A DNA stretch of 64,000 nucleotides from positions 1-64,000 of the IMG/VR virus record IMGVR_UViG_3300033146_003955, one strand, 5' to 3'. This DNA comes from a virus. The notes beneath the pieces were generated by a model. The model had not been told where the DNA came from, ran no database searches, and saw only the letters and a program-made list of their open reading frames with translations. Shown piece after piece: positions 27,585 to 38,800 of this stretch; position 1 is the stretch's first letter; each line of letters opens with the position of its first letter. Made by a program: the position numbers and the translations under genes.

Positions 27585-29537
27585 ATGTCTAATAATAGTA
27601 AATCCACATTGATGTGGGAAAATAATCCAGATACACCACTTAACGCTCAAAATTTAAGTGAGACACTGGACTTCCAATCTCAGAGTAAATTTATAGAATA
27701 TACAGATTTATTATCAGATTATGAGTCTTGGGCTGATTATACAATAAATTATACATGGCCAGATCCCCTTACAGTAGGGACTGAGTATTTAAATAAATTA
27801 ACATACAATTATCAGGATGCCTCGGTTAGACGTCTTATATATAATTCAGATTTAAATGTTAATGAATGGGAAGAAGATTTACCCACTCCATTCCATAAAA
27901 TATTAAAAATTAAAGCTAAGACTAAAATATCTATGGATTATATCGATGTTGTTTTACAAAAAAGTAGAACATTAAACTTTGATTTCGGAGACGAGGACCA
28001 GATTTTTTCGATAGATGACTTAATTTTTCAAGATGGTGAAACACAAGATTTTGTAGCGAATGAAAATTATTTTTTATATATATTTACTCGATATTCAGAT
28101 AACGATTCTGCATATATAAAAATTTTAAAAGCATCTGAAGAAGAATTAGAATATTGGAAGAGTGATTATCCCGTTGAAAATTCTCCAACAGGGGATAATA
28201 TAATTGCTTATAGAAAATTAGGTGGATTTAAAACTTCTGCAACAGCTGAAATTGATGTTTCTTCTTTATGGGACCTCTCAACATATCATAAAGAAATGAT
28301 AGCTGATAAAATTAAGGTGTTAGACGGCGATGAAGTACGGGCACTCTCTGCTTCAGATTTTAATGTTATGGATTCTCAAAATTTGTTCTCAGGTCAAGAA
28401 TTAACAGTAGAAGAAGCGCTTTTTCAAACTAAAGCATTGATAAACAACCTTAATAATAAATTTTATACAAATAGAAAAATTGGTGTAAATGTACAGTTTA
28501 CACATGTTAAATCTGATATAAATGGATATAAATTAAATGAATTAAATGATGTAAGTATAAAAATAACACCTGGAATTATAGATGTTCTTGAAACACAAAT
28601 AACTATAGACGACGCCATTTTTCTAGCTGATCCTGATGTTGGTTTTATAATTAATGATGGTGCTAGTCTTGTATATAATGCTCGTCTTATATCTGAAGAC
28701 GATGGGAGTGGTGAGGTATTATACCCTGGTGTATGGTCTATATTTATAGATTTTAATGGCCAGTTCCATATAAAGCATGAAATTGAAGAAGGCGGTAGAG
28801 CTAGATGGAAATCTAATTATTTTGGTTGGTTTGATAGTTCAACCAAAAGAAGTATTGGTAAGTTTAGAGTTGTAGCTGATGGTGGCAACTATATACAAAA
28901 ATTTTCTGTTACAGATACTTTTGATATAAATGCAGCAACTAATTCAATTCATATTCATTATGGCACCTTGTGTCCAGATGGACTTTTACCTTGTGATGGT
29001 AAATGGCATGATGTTAATGGAATAGACCCTAGCACTTACCTGTTTGAAGAATTGCCTCTTGCAGCTAACTGGGGAGATTCATGGTATGAAGAAACTCCTA
29101 ATTATATAGGAAGAACAATAAAAGGTATGACTTCTTTTGATGGAGTTGGCGGACCTTATAATCCCTTAACAAATGCAGGAGGGGCAGATGATTATACTAC
29201 TCTTGGTGGTTCGAATGCTCATACGCATGAACATCCACATTCTCATGATCCCGGAGTATTAAATATTCTTGAATCAGGGGCGCATCCTGGAGCACATGAT
29301 GTTGATTTTAATAGTGGCGTTGAGTACGTTAATGTTAATACTACAACTGAGGGCGGTGTACATGTAGCTATAGAAAATCATGAGCATAATATAACAATTA
29401 CAGGTGGTAATCATTCTCACCAGGATGATAGCTTTTCTGGTAATACTGATTCCTTGAGTGGTAGTGCCGCAACGACTGATGCTGAATCTTCTTGGGCGCC
29501 TTATAGAGAAGCAATGATTTGTATTAAGAAAGTATAG
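27585..29537 (+). CDS. Short-tail-fibre-like protein (WENNPDTP family) with collar/tip-like C-terminus
   Basis: GGAGG SD before ATG 27585; CPDGLLPCDG collar-like motif; HxH-rich tip; terminal APY......IK. Confidence 0.65.
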   Translation: MSNNSKSTLMWENNPDTPLNAQNLSETLDFQSQSKFIEYTDLLSDYESWADYTINYTWPDPLTVGTEYLNKLTYNYQDASVRRLIYNSDLNVNEWEEDLPTPFHKILKIKAKTKISMDYIDVVLQKSRTLNFDFGDEDQIFSIDDLIFQDGETQDFVANENYFLYIFTRYSDNDSAYIKILKASEEELEYWKSDYPVENSPTGDNIIAYRKLGGFKTSATAEIDVSSLWDLSTYHKEMIADKIKVLDGDEVRALSASDFNVMDSQNLFSGQELTVEEALFQTKALINNLNNKFYTNRKIGVNVQFTHVKSDINGYKLNELNDVSIKITPGIIDVLETQITIDDAIFLADPDVGFIINDGASLVYNARLISEDDGSGEVLYPGVWSIFIDFNGQFHIKHEIEEGGRARWKSNYFGWFDSSTKRSIGKFRVVADGGNYIQKFSVTDTFDINAATNSIHIHYGTLCPDGLLPCDGKWHDVNGIDPSTYLFEELPLAANWGDSWYEETPNYIGRTIKGMTSFDGVGGPYNPLTNAGGADDYTTLGGSNAHTHEHPHSHDPGVLNILESGAHPGAHDVDFNSGVEYVNVNTTTEGGVHVAIENHEHNITITGGNHSHQDDSFSGNTDSLSGSAATTDAESSWAPYREAMICIKKV

Positions 29538-29545
29538 GAGTAAAT

Positions 29546-29857
29546 ATGGTTTATATACAAATGGCTAGGCCAATAAGAAATTTTAATATAGTAAGAATTA
29601 AAGAAATACATTTTTTTGATACAAATGAAATAAATATAAAAAAAGCTTTTGGTTTTAAATATCAAATATGTAAAATGGAAAAAGATAAATATATTAAATA
29701 TGAAGAAAAACATGTTTCTATATCTGATAAAAAAATAGTGAATAAAATATTAACGGGTAGTTCAGATTTAGGAGCATACGATTATATATGTCGACAATTA
29801 TTACAATATTTAATAGATGAATCAATAGAGATTGGAACATTAGAGCTTAAAAAATAA
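29546..29857 (+). CDS. Hypothetical protein
   Basis: AGGAG SD. Confidence 0.55.
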   Translation: MVYIQMARPIRNFNIVRIKEIHFFDTNEINIKKAFGFKYQICKMEKDKYIKYEEKHVSISDKKIVNKILTGSSDLGAYDYICRQLLQYLIDESIEIGTLELKK

Positions 29858-29868
29858 GAGGTTTTAAA

Positions 29869-32800
29869 ATGAATAAAAAATTCAAATTGATGTGGGAAAA
29901 TAATCCAGATACACCAATAGACGCGTCTTCGTTATCTAAATTTGTGGATTCGTATTCAGAGAAAGGTGGTATATTATATAATGATATTCCTGAACTTATA
30001 CCCAATGGTACTTATAGTGATGGAAGATTAAAACTTAGAACAAATTCTAAAATAATAATGAAAAGTCCTCAAACACGTGCAATATTTTTTACTCTTAATG
30101 ATTCAGTAGTAAGTCATAATTCTCAATTTGGTTCTATAACTCCAGATAATGTAGTCTTCCTAAAAGATTCACTTGACGAAAGTATGTCTGCGTATATTGG
30201 TGAAGGTACTACGAATATGTTTTCAAATCCTGGATTTGAAAACGGGTTAAATGATTGGATAGTTCCACTTGAACAAGACCAGGGAAATCCTCCTCCAGGT
30301 TATAATGATATAATATGGGGTTCTGAATATGGAGCTAAAGTTGAAGTTATAACTCCTGGTTTTGAATCTAATAATTGTTTATATATGTTTAATGGGGCTT
30401 TTGGAGCGACACAAATTTCTAGAACATTTGATCTGACTGGATACACACGAGTGTCATTATCTTTTTATTACAAGTCAGAAGGAAATTTAAATATTCTTAT
30501 CAAAAGTGGTAGTCTTTACTGGAAAAACGGTATGTGGAATCCAACATCCTCTTATTATTATACTCTTCCATCAACTGAAGGCGAATGGAAAAGATATGAA
30601 ATTAAAAATATAACGACTGCATCTATAGCTGCATTTGCATATATAGTTGAAATGACAATATATTCTGATAATCAATACGCCGAAAATTATATTGATTCAT
30701 TTCAACTTGAAGATCATGATTTTGCTTCTCCATATGTTGATGGTATACGAACAGATGCATTGCTTAAATATACATCTAATATTATTAATATAAATAAAGG
30801 ATTAATAGACATCGCGGTTTTTCCAAAAAATAAAGCAGATTTTACCATCTTTTCTGCCGAAAGTAATTTGCCAGAAAATGCAATAGAGTTAAATTATATT
30901 GAAGCATCAGATGAATTTCGTTTTCGAATATATGATATAGTAGAAGAAGATTACATAGAAATAATATCAGCTGCTCGTCTTAATGAAAGAATAGATAATT
31001 GGATGAGAATTATTTGTTCTTGGAATAAAGATGAAGGGTTAAAAATAATAACAACTTCTGCACCAACTATACAAGCCAAATTAACAACCTTTACTCCAAT
31101 GGAAATAAGTAGAATACAAAATTTTGCTATTGCTTCTAACCGTGAAAACGAAATATTTAATGGATATATTGATGGATTTAAAATAAATGTTACTTCGAAA
31201 AAAGACGTCGATATTTATAAAGATTTTCAAGCTACAACTGTTTCTGTCGATAAAGACATATTTAAAATGTTCGAAGTTAAAGAAGAGGCTATAATAATAG
31301 ATGCATCAATGCTAGACACTGGTGCGGAGTTTCAAATAAATACAGATTATTTTTTATGGATTGTAGATGATTATAACCAAGATACTGGTTCTGTTGTTAT
31401 ATCTACAAGTGAAAATAGCCCAATTGATATATTGCCAGAAGATGCAAGATTGTTTGCAGGTTTCAAAACAGATCAAGCGGCAATGCCAATAATGTCTTCT
31501 CTTTGGGATACAACTACAAAAGAAGATGTTCGTATTAATACTGAAAGATTTATTGTAGCCGGCACAAACACGGACGTATATAATTTTGATATAAGAACAA
31601 TACCATATGCTGAAGAAAATGATATACGTTCTACTATTCCAATACATTTTTCAGATAATCTTTATGGTCGTCATATAACTGATAATGTTACTAATACTGT
31701 TAGTGGTTCACACAATGTTCAATACTTTGAGGTTAACACAGAAGGCTGGTTGGGTTTAGATAATATAAAAATTGATGGTAATACCATATCAACAAGAAAT
31801 TACGTTGAAGGGTCTGGTAACATATATAGTAATGATTTAGAATTAACAGTATATGATATAAACGAGGCGACTAGAGTATGGATACATGCATCTGAAATTG
31901 ATATAGATTCTGGTAATAGTGATATTAAACTTGATTCTCTAAGAATAGATGAAAATATTTTATATTCTAAAGATTTTACAGATTTGTATATAAATGCAAA
32001 TTATGTTGCTACTACTCATAGTAATGATATATATATGATTGCAAGAGATATTCACATTGAGCCTACTAATGATTTGGCGTTTAACGTAAATGCCGATTTT
32101 ATAGTTACTGCTGGAAGACATATAACTTTAACTTCAACTACTGGAATTATTACTCTTGATGATCTTCATATTGACAATCATCATTTATACAATCAAACTG
32201 ATATACACATCTACTCTGAAGACGATAATGTAGATATTGATTCCGGTACTAGTGGAACTATTCAACTTGATGATATAATAATAAAAGATAATTATATATA
32301 TAGAGATACAGGTGATATTCATATTGAAACACCAGACAGCATTTACATTGGTAAAGACGGTGAAGATGCTGACAATGTTTATATAAGATCTGAAAACTTT
32401 ATAGTTGAAAGTAATAACGTTATGTTTACAAATGTTGATTTAGGCGATTTTATAGTATTCGATAATATCAAAATTAGACAAAATGAAGTATATACAACTG
32501 GTGCAACTAGTTTACGGTTACGCTCTGAATCAAATATAGCGTTACAAACAGAAAATATTATCGAGTTCGAAGATTCGGCCGTTGCTCTTTTTATATCTAA
32601 AATAGAATCAACTTTTACTAAAGATTTAAATGTTAAAAATGTTATATTTACGGATACTGAGATCGCAGATACTATTTCACTTTTTACAGCAACAACTGGA
32701 GGAGTATCAACTCTTCATATGAGAACTAATCAGTTGAATGATGAAATTATAATTGAAAATGGTACAGACGGTACGTTAATAATAAATCAAAATGGTTTGA

Positions 32801-34020
32801 CTATAAATGGTAATTTAACAGTAACCGGTACTCAATCAACTGTTAATTCCGTAAATACAGATATTGCAGATTCTACTTTCACGATTAAAACTGCAGCGTC
32901 TCCTATAGACGGAGATGCTTCTTATGAAGTTCAAAGAGCGGTAAATAATGCTAAACTTCTGTGGAATGAAAGTGAAGATTATTGGAAGTTAGATATGGGA
33001 GACGGAATTCAACATAATATTATTTTTGATGGATATAATGAACAATTTGAAGATAATATAAATATAGTGACTTCAGCTCCAGCAGGTTTTAAACTTGAAA
33101 ATGACCATGCAATTGCAGGTATAGAACTTCTTAATCCTGATTTAACAAATACAAATCCTGGGGAAGGTATATTAAATTTAGGTCTTCATATGAATAAAGC
33201 AGAAGGCTTCATACAAAACAAATTAGGTTACGAAGCAGAATCTGTAGGAGCGTGGATATCAATCAATACAAAATTGAGTGAAAGAAGTTTTAAGTGGATG
33301 TGGGAAGACGTTAACTCATCAGTTGAAAAAGAGATGGCATCACTTAAATTAAATAATCAAAGTGTTGCACAAGGATTATCTACTCAATCAGATTTAGGAT
33401 ACTTTAAAACACCGTGGATTAGAACTTCTGCTGTTGAAGTATATGGAGAAGGGGGAGTTGCAAGTACCGGTTTGTTTATGGGTTCAGGTGCAACGACTCC
33501 TCACGGATATGTATTATCTGATGATGAAATTGTGCTATCTGTTAATGGTGAAAATAGTTTTCATATAGTTCCTTCCGGTGACGTGACAATATTACATGAA
33601 TTATATGCCGAAAAAGTACACAACGCAGTTTGGGGTGATATTGCTGAGTGCTGGATTAAATTAAATGGTTATGAATTTGATTATCATCAAGTTGTAGTAC
33701 GAACAGAAAATGGTGTAAGGCCTTCTAATAAAAGAGCAGAAAAAGCAACTATTGGTGTAATTTCAGACACATACGGTTATTTACTGAAGTCGGACGAATT
33801 TAACCCTAAAGATTTTAAGGGTTCTAAATCTGTTCCTATAGCTTTATCTGGTACTGTAAAATGTATTTTAAGTGGTAGAGCAAAAATTGGCGATGAAGTC
33901 GTATCATATAAAAACGGTAAAGTAATTAAAGCCAACTGGTTTGAACATATATTTATGAGAGACAGAATAATAGGTATAATTGATAATCTACAAAACGGTT
34001 GTATAGTAAAGGTAAAGTAA
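29869..34020 (+). CDS. Tail fibre/spike (WENNPDTP family) with CBM/LamG-like domains and C-terminal autocleaving chaperone-like domain
   Basis: NMFSNPGFE module; DNIKIDGNTIS repeats; NAVWGDIAECW...IGVIS...VPIAL.G...GD C-terminus typical of Peptidase_G2/IMC-type domains. Confidence 0.65.
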   Translation: MNKKFKLMWENNPDTPIDASSLSKFVDSYSEKGGILYNDIPELIPNGTYSDGRLKLRTNSKIIMKSPQTRAIFFTLNDSVVSHNSQFGSITPDNVVFLKDSLDESMSAYIGEGTTNMFSNPGFENGLNDWIVPLEQDQGNPPPGYNDIIWGSEYGAKVEVITPGFESNNCLYMFNGAFGATQISRTFDLTGYTRVSLSFYYKSEGNLNILIKSGSLYWKNGMWNPTSSYYYTLPSTEGEWKRYEIKNITTASIAAFAYIVEMTIYSDNQYAENYIDSFQLEDHDFASPYVDGIRTDALLKYTSNIININKGLIDIAVFPKNKADFTIFSAESNLPENAIELNYIEASDEFRFRIYDIVEEDYIEIISAARLNERIDNWMRIICSWNKDEGLKIITTSAPTIQAKLTTFTPMEISRIQNFAIASNRENEIFNGYIDGFKINVTSKKDVDIYKDFQATTVSVDKDIFKMFEVKEEAIIIDASMLDTGAEFQINTDYFLWIVDDYNQDTGSVVISTSENSPIDILPEDARLFAGFKTDQAAMPIMSSLWDTTTKEDVRINTERFIVAGTNTDVYNFDIRTIPYAEENDIRSTIPIHFSDNLYGRHITDNVTNTVSGSHNVQYFEVNTEGWLGLDNIKIDGNTISTRNYVEGSGNIYSNDLELTVYDINEATRVWIHASEIDIDSGNSDIKLDSLRIDENILYSKDFTDLYINANYVATTHSNDIYMIARDIHIEPTNDLAFNVNADFIVTAGRHITLTSTTGIITLDDLHIDNHHLYNQTDIHIYSEDDNVDIDSGTSGTIQLDDIIIKDNYIYRDTGDIHIETPDSIYIGKDGEDADNVYIRSENFIVESNNVMFTNVDLGDFIVFDNIKIRQNEVYTTGATSLRLRSESNIALQTENIIEFEDSAVALFISKIESTFTKDLNVKNVIFTDTEIADTISLFTATTGGVSTLHMRTNQLNDEIIIENGTDGTLIINQNGLTINGNLTVTGTQSTVNSVNTDIADSTFTIKTAASPIDGDASYEVQRAVNNAKLLWNESEDYWKLDMGDGIQHNIIFDGYNEQFEDNINIVTSAPAGFKLENDHAIAGIELLNPDLTNTNPGEGILNLGLHMNKAEGFIQNKLGYEAESVGAWISINTKLSERSFKWMWEDVNSSVEKEMASLKLNNQSVAQGLSTQSDLGYFKTPWIRTSAVEVYGEGGVASTGLFMGSGATTPHGYVLSDDEIVLSVNGENSFHIVPSGDVTILHELYAEKVHNAVWGDIAECWIKLNGYEFDYHQVVVRTENGVRPSNKRAEKATIGVISDTYGYLLKSDEFNPKDFKGSKSVPIALSGTVKCILSGRAKIGDEVVSYKNGKVIKANWFEHIFMRDRIIGIIDNLQNGCIVKVK

Positions 34021-34553
34021 TGATTGAGCATAATAAATTAAAATTTTTTAAAGTAGGTTGGCAAAAGACCTTGCATATTATAGGTGCTGGTCCATCTTTA
34101 AGAGGTTTTGACTTTAACTCTTTGAAACAAGAAGCCGTTATGACACTTAATAGTTCAATTTACCATCTTCCAATTAAACCAGATTACCATGTATATTGTG
34201 AACCTGTTGCAAAGGAAAGAGAACATTACTCAAAAATGAATGCATTTCAAAGAGTGAAAAAATTTTCAATACATGACTATCCAGAATGGTCTCATATAGC
34301 TCCGTTTCCGGGAATTGAAAATTTAGCTTTTCAAATTGCAATACTTTTAGGTAAGGAAATGAATTATAAGGAAATACATCTCTACGGTTATGATTTCTCA
34401 TTTATAGATGGTTGGATATATTGGTGGGACGAACAGCAAAGAAATATGGAAGATGTACAAGATAAATTGATAATATTGAATAAACAAAAAATAATATTTG
34501 ATAATTTTATTAAAAATATTTCAAATATTATTATACATACTAAAGAGGAATGA
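34020..34553 (+). CDS. MptE/DUF115-like (Maf/sialyltransferase-related) Rossmann-type protein
   Basis: IIGAGPSL, LN, PDY, IHLYGYDF motifs; TAATG coupling at 34020. Confidence 0.6.
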   Translation: MIEHNKLKFFKVGWQKTLHIIGAGPSLRGFDFNSLKQEAVMTLNSSIYHLPIKPDYHVYCEPVAKEREHYSKMNAFQRVKKFSIHDYPEWSHIAPFPGIENLAFQIAILLGKEMNYKEIHLYGYDFSFIDGWIYWWDEQQRNMEDVQDKLIILNKQKIIFDNFIKNISNIIIHTKEE

Positions 34554-35257
34554 AGATGAGCGATTACGATTTAGCAATAAAAGATTTTCTTAAAACCACT
34601 CGTGCAATGGAGACTAATATTGTTACTGTAATTTCTGATTCTAATAGAAATATTGAAGTAATATTAAAAGAGCTATTGATATATTTAGATGCTACATCTA
34701 AAAATTTAGAGAAAATATTAGTTTTTACAGATGATGAAAAAGCAAATAAAAATAAAAGTATTGAAATTGAAATAAAAATGATATCTGATAAAGTAAAACT
34801 TTACCATGATAAATTGTTAGATTTAGAAATTGAAAATACGAAAAAGATTTTATCCTTAGTTAAACAAGTTGGACTTAGTAATAACAAAATAATGAAACAG
34901 ATAATTGTTATTACTAATAAAATAGGAAAATCTTTGCAATCACAAGATATTGTATTAAATACAACGATAGAAAATATGAATGAAATTAAAACTTTGTTAA
35001 AAATTATAACTAATGAAGTTAAAGATACCAAAGATAATTTAAAAGCTAGTCAAGGTGATTTTGTTTCAGTTATAGATAATTTATTGGATTCAAATACAAG
35101 AGCAACAATAGCGAAAGAAACTGTTCATATACAAGAAATTAAAACTGATGAAGAAAAATTTAAAGCCAAGATTTCTCTTACAGCAAAAATTGCAGGTTTA
35201 TTATTAGGTTCAGGTTCTGTTATTTATTTAATAATAGATATAATGTTAGGAGGCTGA
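34550..35257 (+). CDS. Coiled-coil protein with C-terminal transmembrane helix
   Basis: Heptad-rich; IAGLLLGSGSVIYLIIDIMLGG terminus. Confidence 0.6.
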   Translation: MKMSDYDLAIKDFLKTTRAMETNIVTVISDSNRNIEVILKELLIYLDATSKNLEKILVFTDDEKANKNKSIEIEIKMISDKVKLYHDKLLDLEIENTKKILSLVKQVGLSNNKIMKQIIVITNKIGKSLQSQDIVLNTTIENMNEIKTLLKIITNEVKDTKDNLKASQGDFVSVIDNLLDSNTRATIAKETVHIQEIKTDEEKFKAKISLTAKIAGLLLGSGSVIYLIIDIMLGG

Positions 35258-35258
35258 T

Positions 35259-35831
35259 ATGGCTTTTGATAAAAGAATAACGGAATCATTTAATAATATG
35301 AAAAATAGAATATATAAAAGTGGAAATTTTCACGATAAATATAATTTTGATGAACTTGTAACAATTTTAAATAATGAAAACCTTAGTAAAGATGAGTTAG
35401 AAATTCTTAAACTTTTTAAAAAGTATATAAGTAATATAAAAGATATAGTTGAAGATATTGGTACTAAAATATGTGATTTACAAAAATTAGATTTTTATAA
35501 TAAAATTCGTGTTGAGGAGTTTATTAGAGAAATTATTTTGCTAATAGACGGGTTCATAGACGCTTTAAATGCAATTGGAGATGTAATTGAGTTCGAAGAT
35601 AACCGTATAAATATGATAACATCTCTTGCTAGATTAAAATCATTAAGACAAAGTTTAATACAGAAAATGGTTGAATACAATAGAATAACTGCTGGGATAA
35701 ATTTTTCTAATGATCAATCGAACATGATACAAGTTCTAATTGTAGATATTATTGACTCTATAATTATAGAAACTTTTAAATTAAGAATATTAAAACTTTA
35801 CGAAATATTAAGCAAGAAGGTTGTTGAGTGA
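35259..35831 (+). CDS. Helical hypothetical protein
   Basis: AGGAGG SD. Confidence 0.6.
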   Translation: MAFDKRITESFNNMKNRIYKSGNFHDKYNFDELVTILNNENLSKDELEILKLFKKYISNIKDIVEDIGTKICDLQKLDFYNKIRVEEFIREIILLIDGFIDALNAIGDVIEFEDNRINMITSLARLKSLRQSLIQKMVEYNRITAGINFSNDQSNMIQVLIVDIIDSIIIETFKLRILKLYEILSKKVVE

Positions 35832-38800
35832 TAAAAAATATTGTTATAACGAAACAGGGCGATGAGGCTGAAAATTCAAATAATACTCTATTTATGTCTC
35901 CATCTTCTTGGATTGAAGGCGGTGCTAATCTCATCCTTTTTAAAAATGACAAAATACTCATTAACGGTACAGATTATTCAGTTAACGATTTTCAAAATAT
36001 TGAATTAGCAGCAAGTGCCAAGGCAGCAGATAATATAAAGTTTGTGATTACCCAGTTGGATGATCCTTCGGAACTTTTATCTTATGATGATAGAGTACAG
36101 CAATTAGACAGATTAAATAAAAAAACAGCAGGAAAAGCTCAAACATCAATAGAAAAAAGAGTAACTGAAGAAACAATACCATCTAAATTTATAATTCACT
36201 CTGATGATGTTTGGACTACTACTATTTCTTCAGATATTTCTACTGCTCTTCAAGAACAAGCAATAAATTTCCATACCAAATTATTCTTAAAAGAAGACAC
36301 AACAGTAGCTAATCAAAAAGGGTGGTATGCTACAACAGATAATACACTTGAAGGTAGAATAACAAATTGGGTTCCTGGAGATTTTGGTAAATCTTATATT
36401 GTAAGACTATATGACTTTAATGACAATGAAATACCATCATCAGATGGTATGAATTGGTACTGGGATTATCAATCTGGTTATTTAACAATACAAAATGATT
36501 TTGATTTCCCAACACCATTTAAGATAACAGGTGCTTCTTATAATGGTCGTTTTGGTATAGGTTCACTTAAAAATTGGAAAGAACCAGTTTTTTCAATTGC
36601 GGATCTTCCTCTTTACCACAATGATGATGGCGATGTCCGTCTTATTTTAACTGAAAACAAATTATATAGGTTTGATAGTCTTCTACCAGGATGGGAACCT
36701 CTTTCCTATGGTTCTCAAGCGTTTAAAGACCCCGTATTAAGTAATATGGATCTTCCGGATGTAAATAATATGCGTGGCGATATACGTCTTGTTATGGAGG
36801 AATCTAATCTTTACGTTTTTGACGATGCTATGGGTTTAAACGGTGGATGGGTTTTGTTAACTGGTCATGGTTTTAATCCATCTAACTTCTATGATAAAGA
36901 GCAAACAGATGCTCTTCTCAATTTAAAATCTAATACAGGTCACACTCATGATACTATTTACTTAAGAGATGAGGAAGTTAAAAATTTAGTTAGATGGAGA
37001 CCATCGAGAGCTGATTTTAATGATTTACCTCCTTATACAGAAAATAGAGATGGTGATGTAATTCTTACGCGAGATGATAATACTATTTATAGATGGTATG
37101 ATGATAATCCTAATCTGTCCCAAGGCCATTGGGAAGCTATTTTCCAATCTAATTTTTCTTGGAAAACACCAGTTACCATGGCTATAGATTTACCTACTGT
37201 AGGTAACGCGCCTGGTGAATGCAGATTGGTGACTGAAGAGCAGAAAATATATTTTTGGGACGGAGTAAACTGGTACGCAATAGTAGCTGATGCGGCACCA
37301 CACTATCATGATGATAGATATTTACTTAAAACGTCTCTCAACTGGAAACAACCTGTTAACAGTGAAGGGGATTTACCATCAATAAATAATAATGATGGTG
37401 ATATTCGCCTTACACTTGATACATCTATAATCTATAGATGGCATAACGCAACTTCTGAGTGGTTACAGGTAATAGCAGACATATCATGGCTTCCTCCAAT
37501 TACAACATTCGCTCAACTTCCATTAACAGCTAAAGATAATGATGTGGTATACATTAAAGAATATAATAAACTTTATGTATATGATGTTGACACATGGAAA
37601 CAAATAGAATCTGTAGGTTCAGGTCATGATCATGATGATTTATATTATTCAAAATCTGAAATAGATAATATTATAAATGTTATAACAGTTGATTTTGACA
37701 ATCATACACATGATGGTATAAACACACAAAAAATTAATTACAATAATCTCCTTAATATACCGACTTTCTATTGGAAAAATCCAGTAGTATTTGAATCTGA
37801 ACTTCCTATTGTTGATAATGAGATAGGAGATGCAAGAATAGTTGTTGATGCAAAATCCATATATGTGTGGGACGGTAATCAGTGGCAACTTGTATCTAAT
37901 GGTACTATTGTTGCAGAACATGACCACGATGACAGATACTATACCGAAGCAGAAGTAACTGCTCTAATTGATGCAGCTACTACAAATATCTTAATTCAAT
38001 TAAATGATAAATCTGATGTAACACATACACATGATGATAGGTATTATACTGAACTTGAAATGGATATTGCTCTTGCAGATAAAGCTGATAGAATACATTC
38101 TCACCCCTATGCTTCAGATACGCATCTTCACGATGATAGGTATTACAAAAAAATAGATTTACAAACAGCAGGTGGTGGAACAGTTCATTGGGACAATATA
38201 ACTAATAAACCTCTTTCGATAACTGATTCATGGCAAACACCAGTTCAATCAGAATCAAATCTTCCACTTATAAATAATAACACTGGTGATTTACGTCTTG
38301 TATTAGATACTTCTGACGTATGGAGATATGACGGTTCAGACTGGATTATTGTAGGACATTGGGCCGGTCCTTCTATTGATCATTGGGAAGCTCCAGTAGA
38401 ATTGGCATCTGAATTACCTTATGGCGGCAATTCAGATGGAGATATTCGTCTTGTAATGGATGAAGGTACTTTATATAGATGGGTACTTTTAACTTCAACA
38501 TGGGAACCTATGATTGGTGGTACAGCAGAATGTGATTGTCCTCCTCCAGGTAATGATGATGGTACTGGAATTGGTACCATGGAGATTCAAGTTTACATAA
38601 ATGGTTTACAAGGTTTCGAAGATGAAGATTGGGAACGTCCCACTTCAACATCTATACGAATATTAGCTGATGTTGGCCCATTAGATATAATATCAATATT
38701 AGTTATAGGTGACGAGGTAACAAGATATAATTTTAGAGGTGAGGCTGAAGGCCAAATTGAAATTAACCTCTCTACAACTTTTTATAGACAAGAATTAGAA

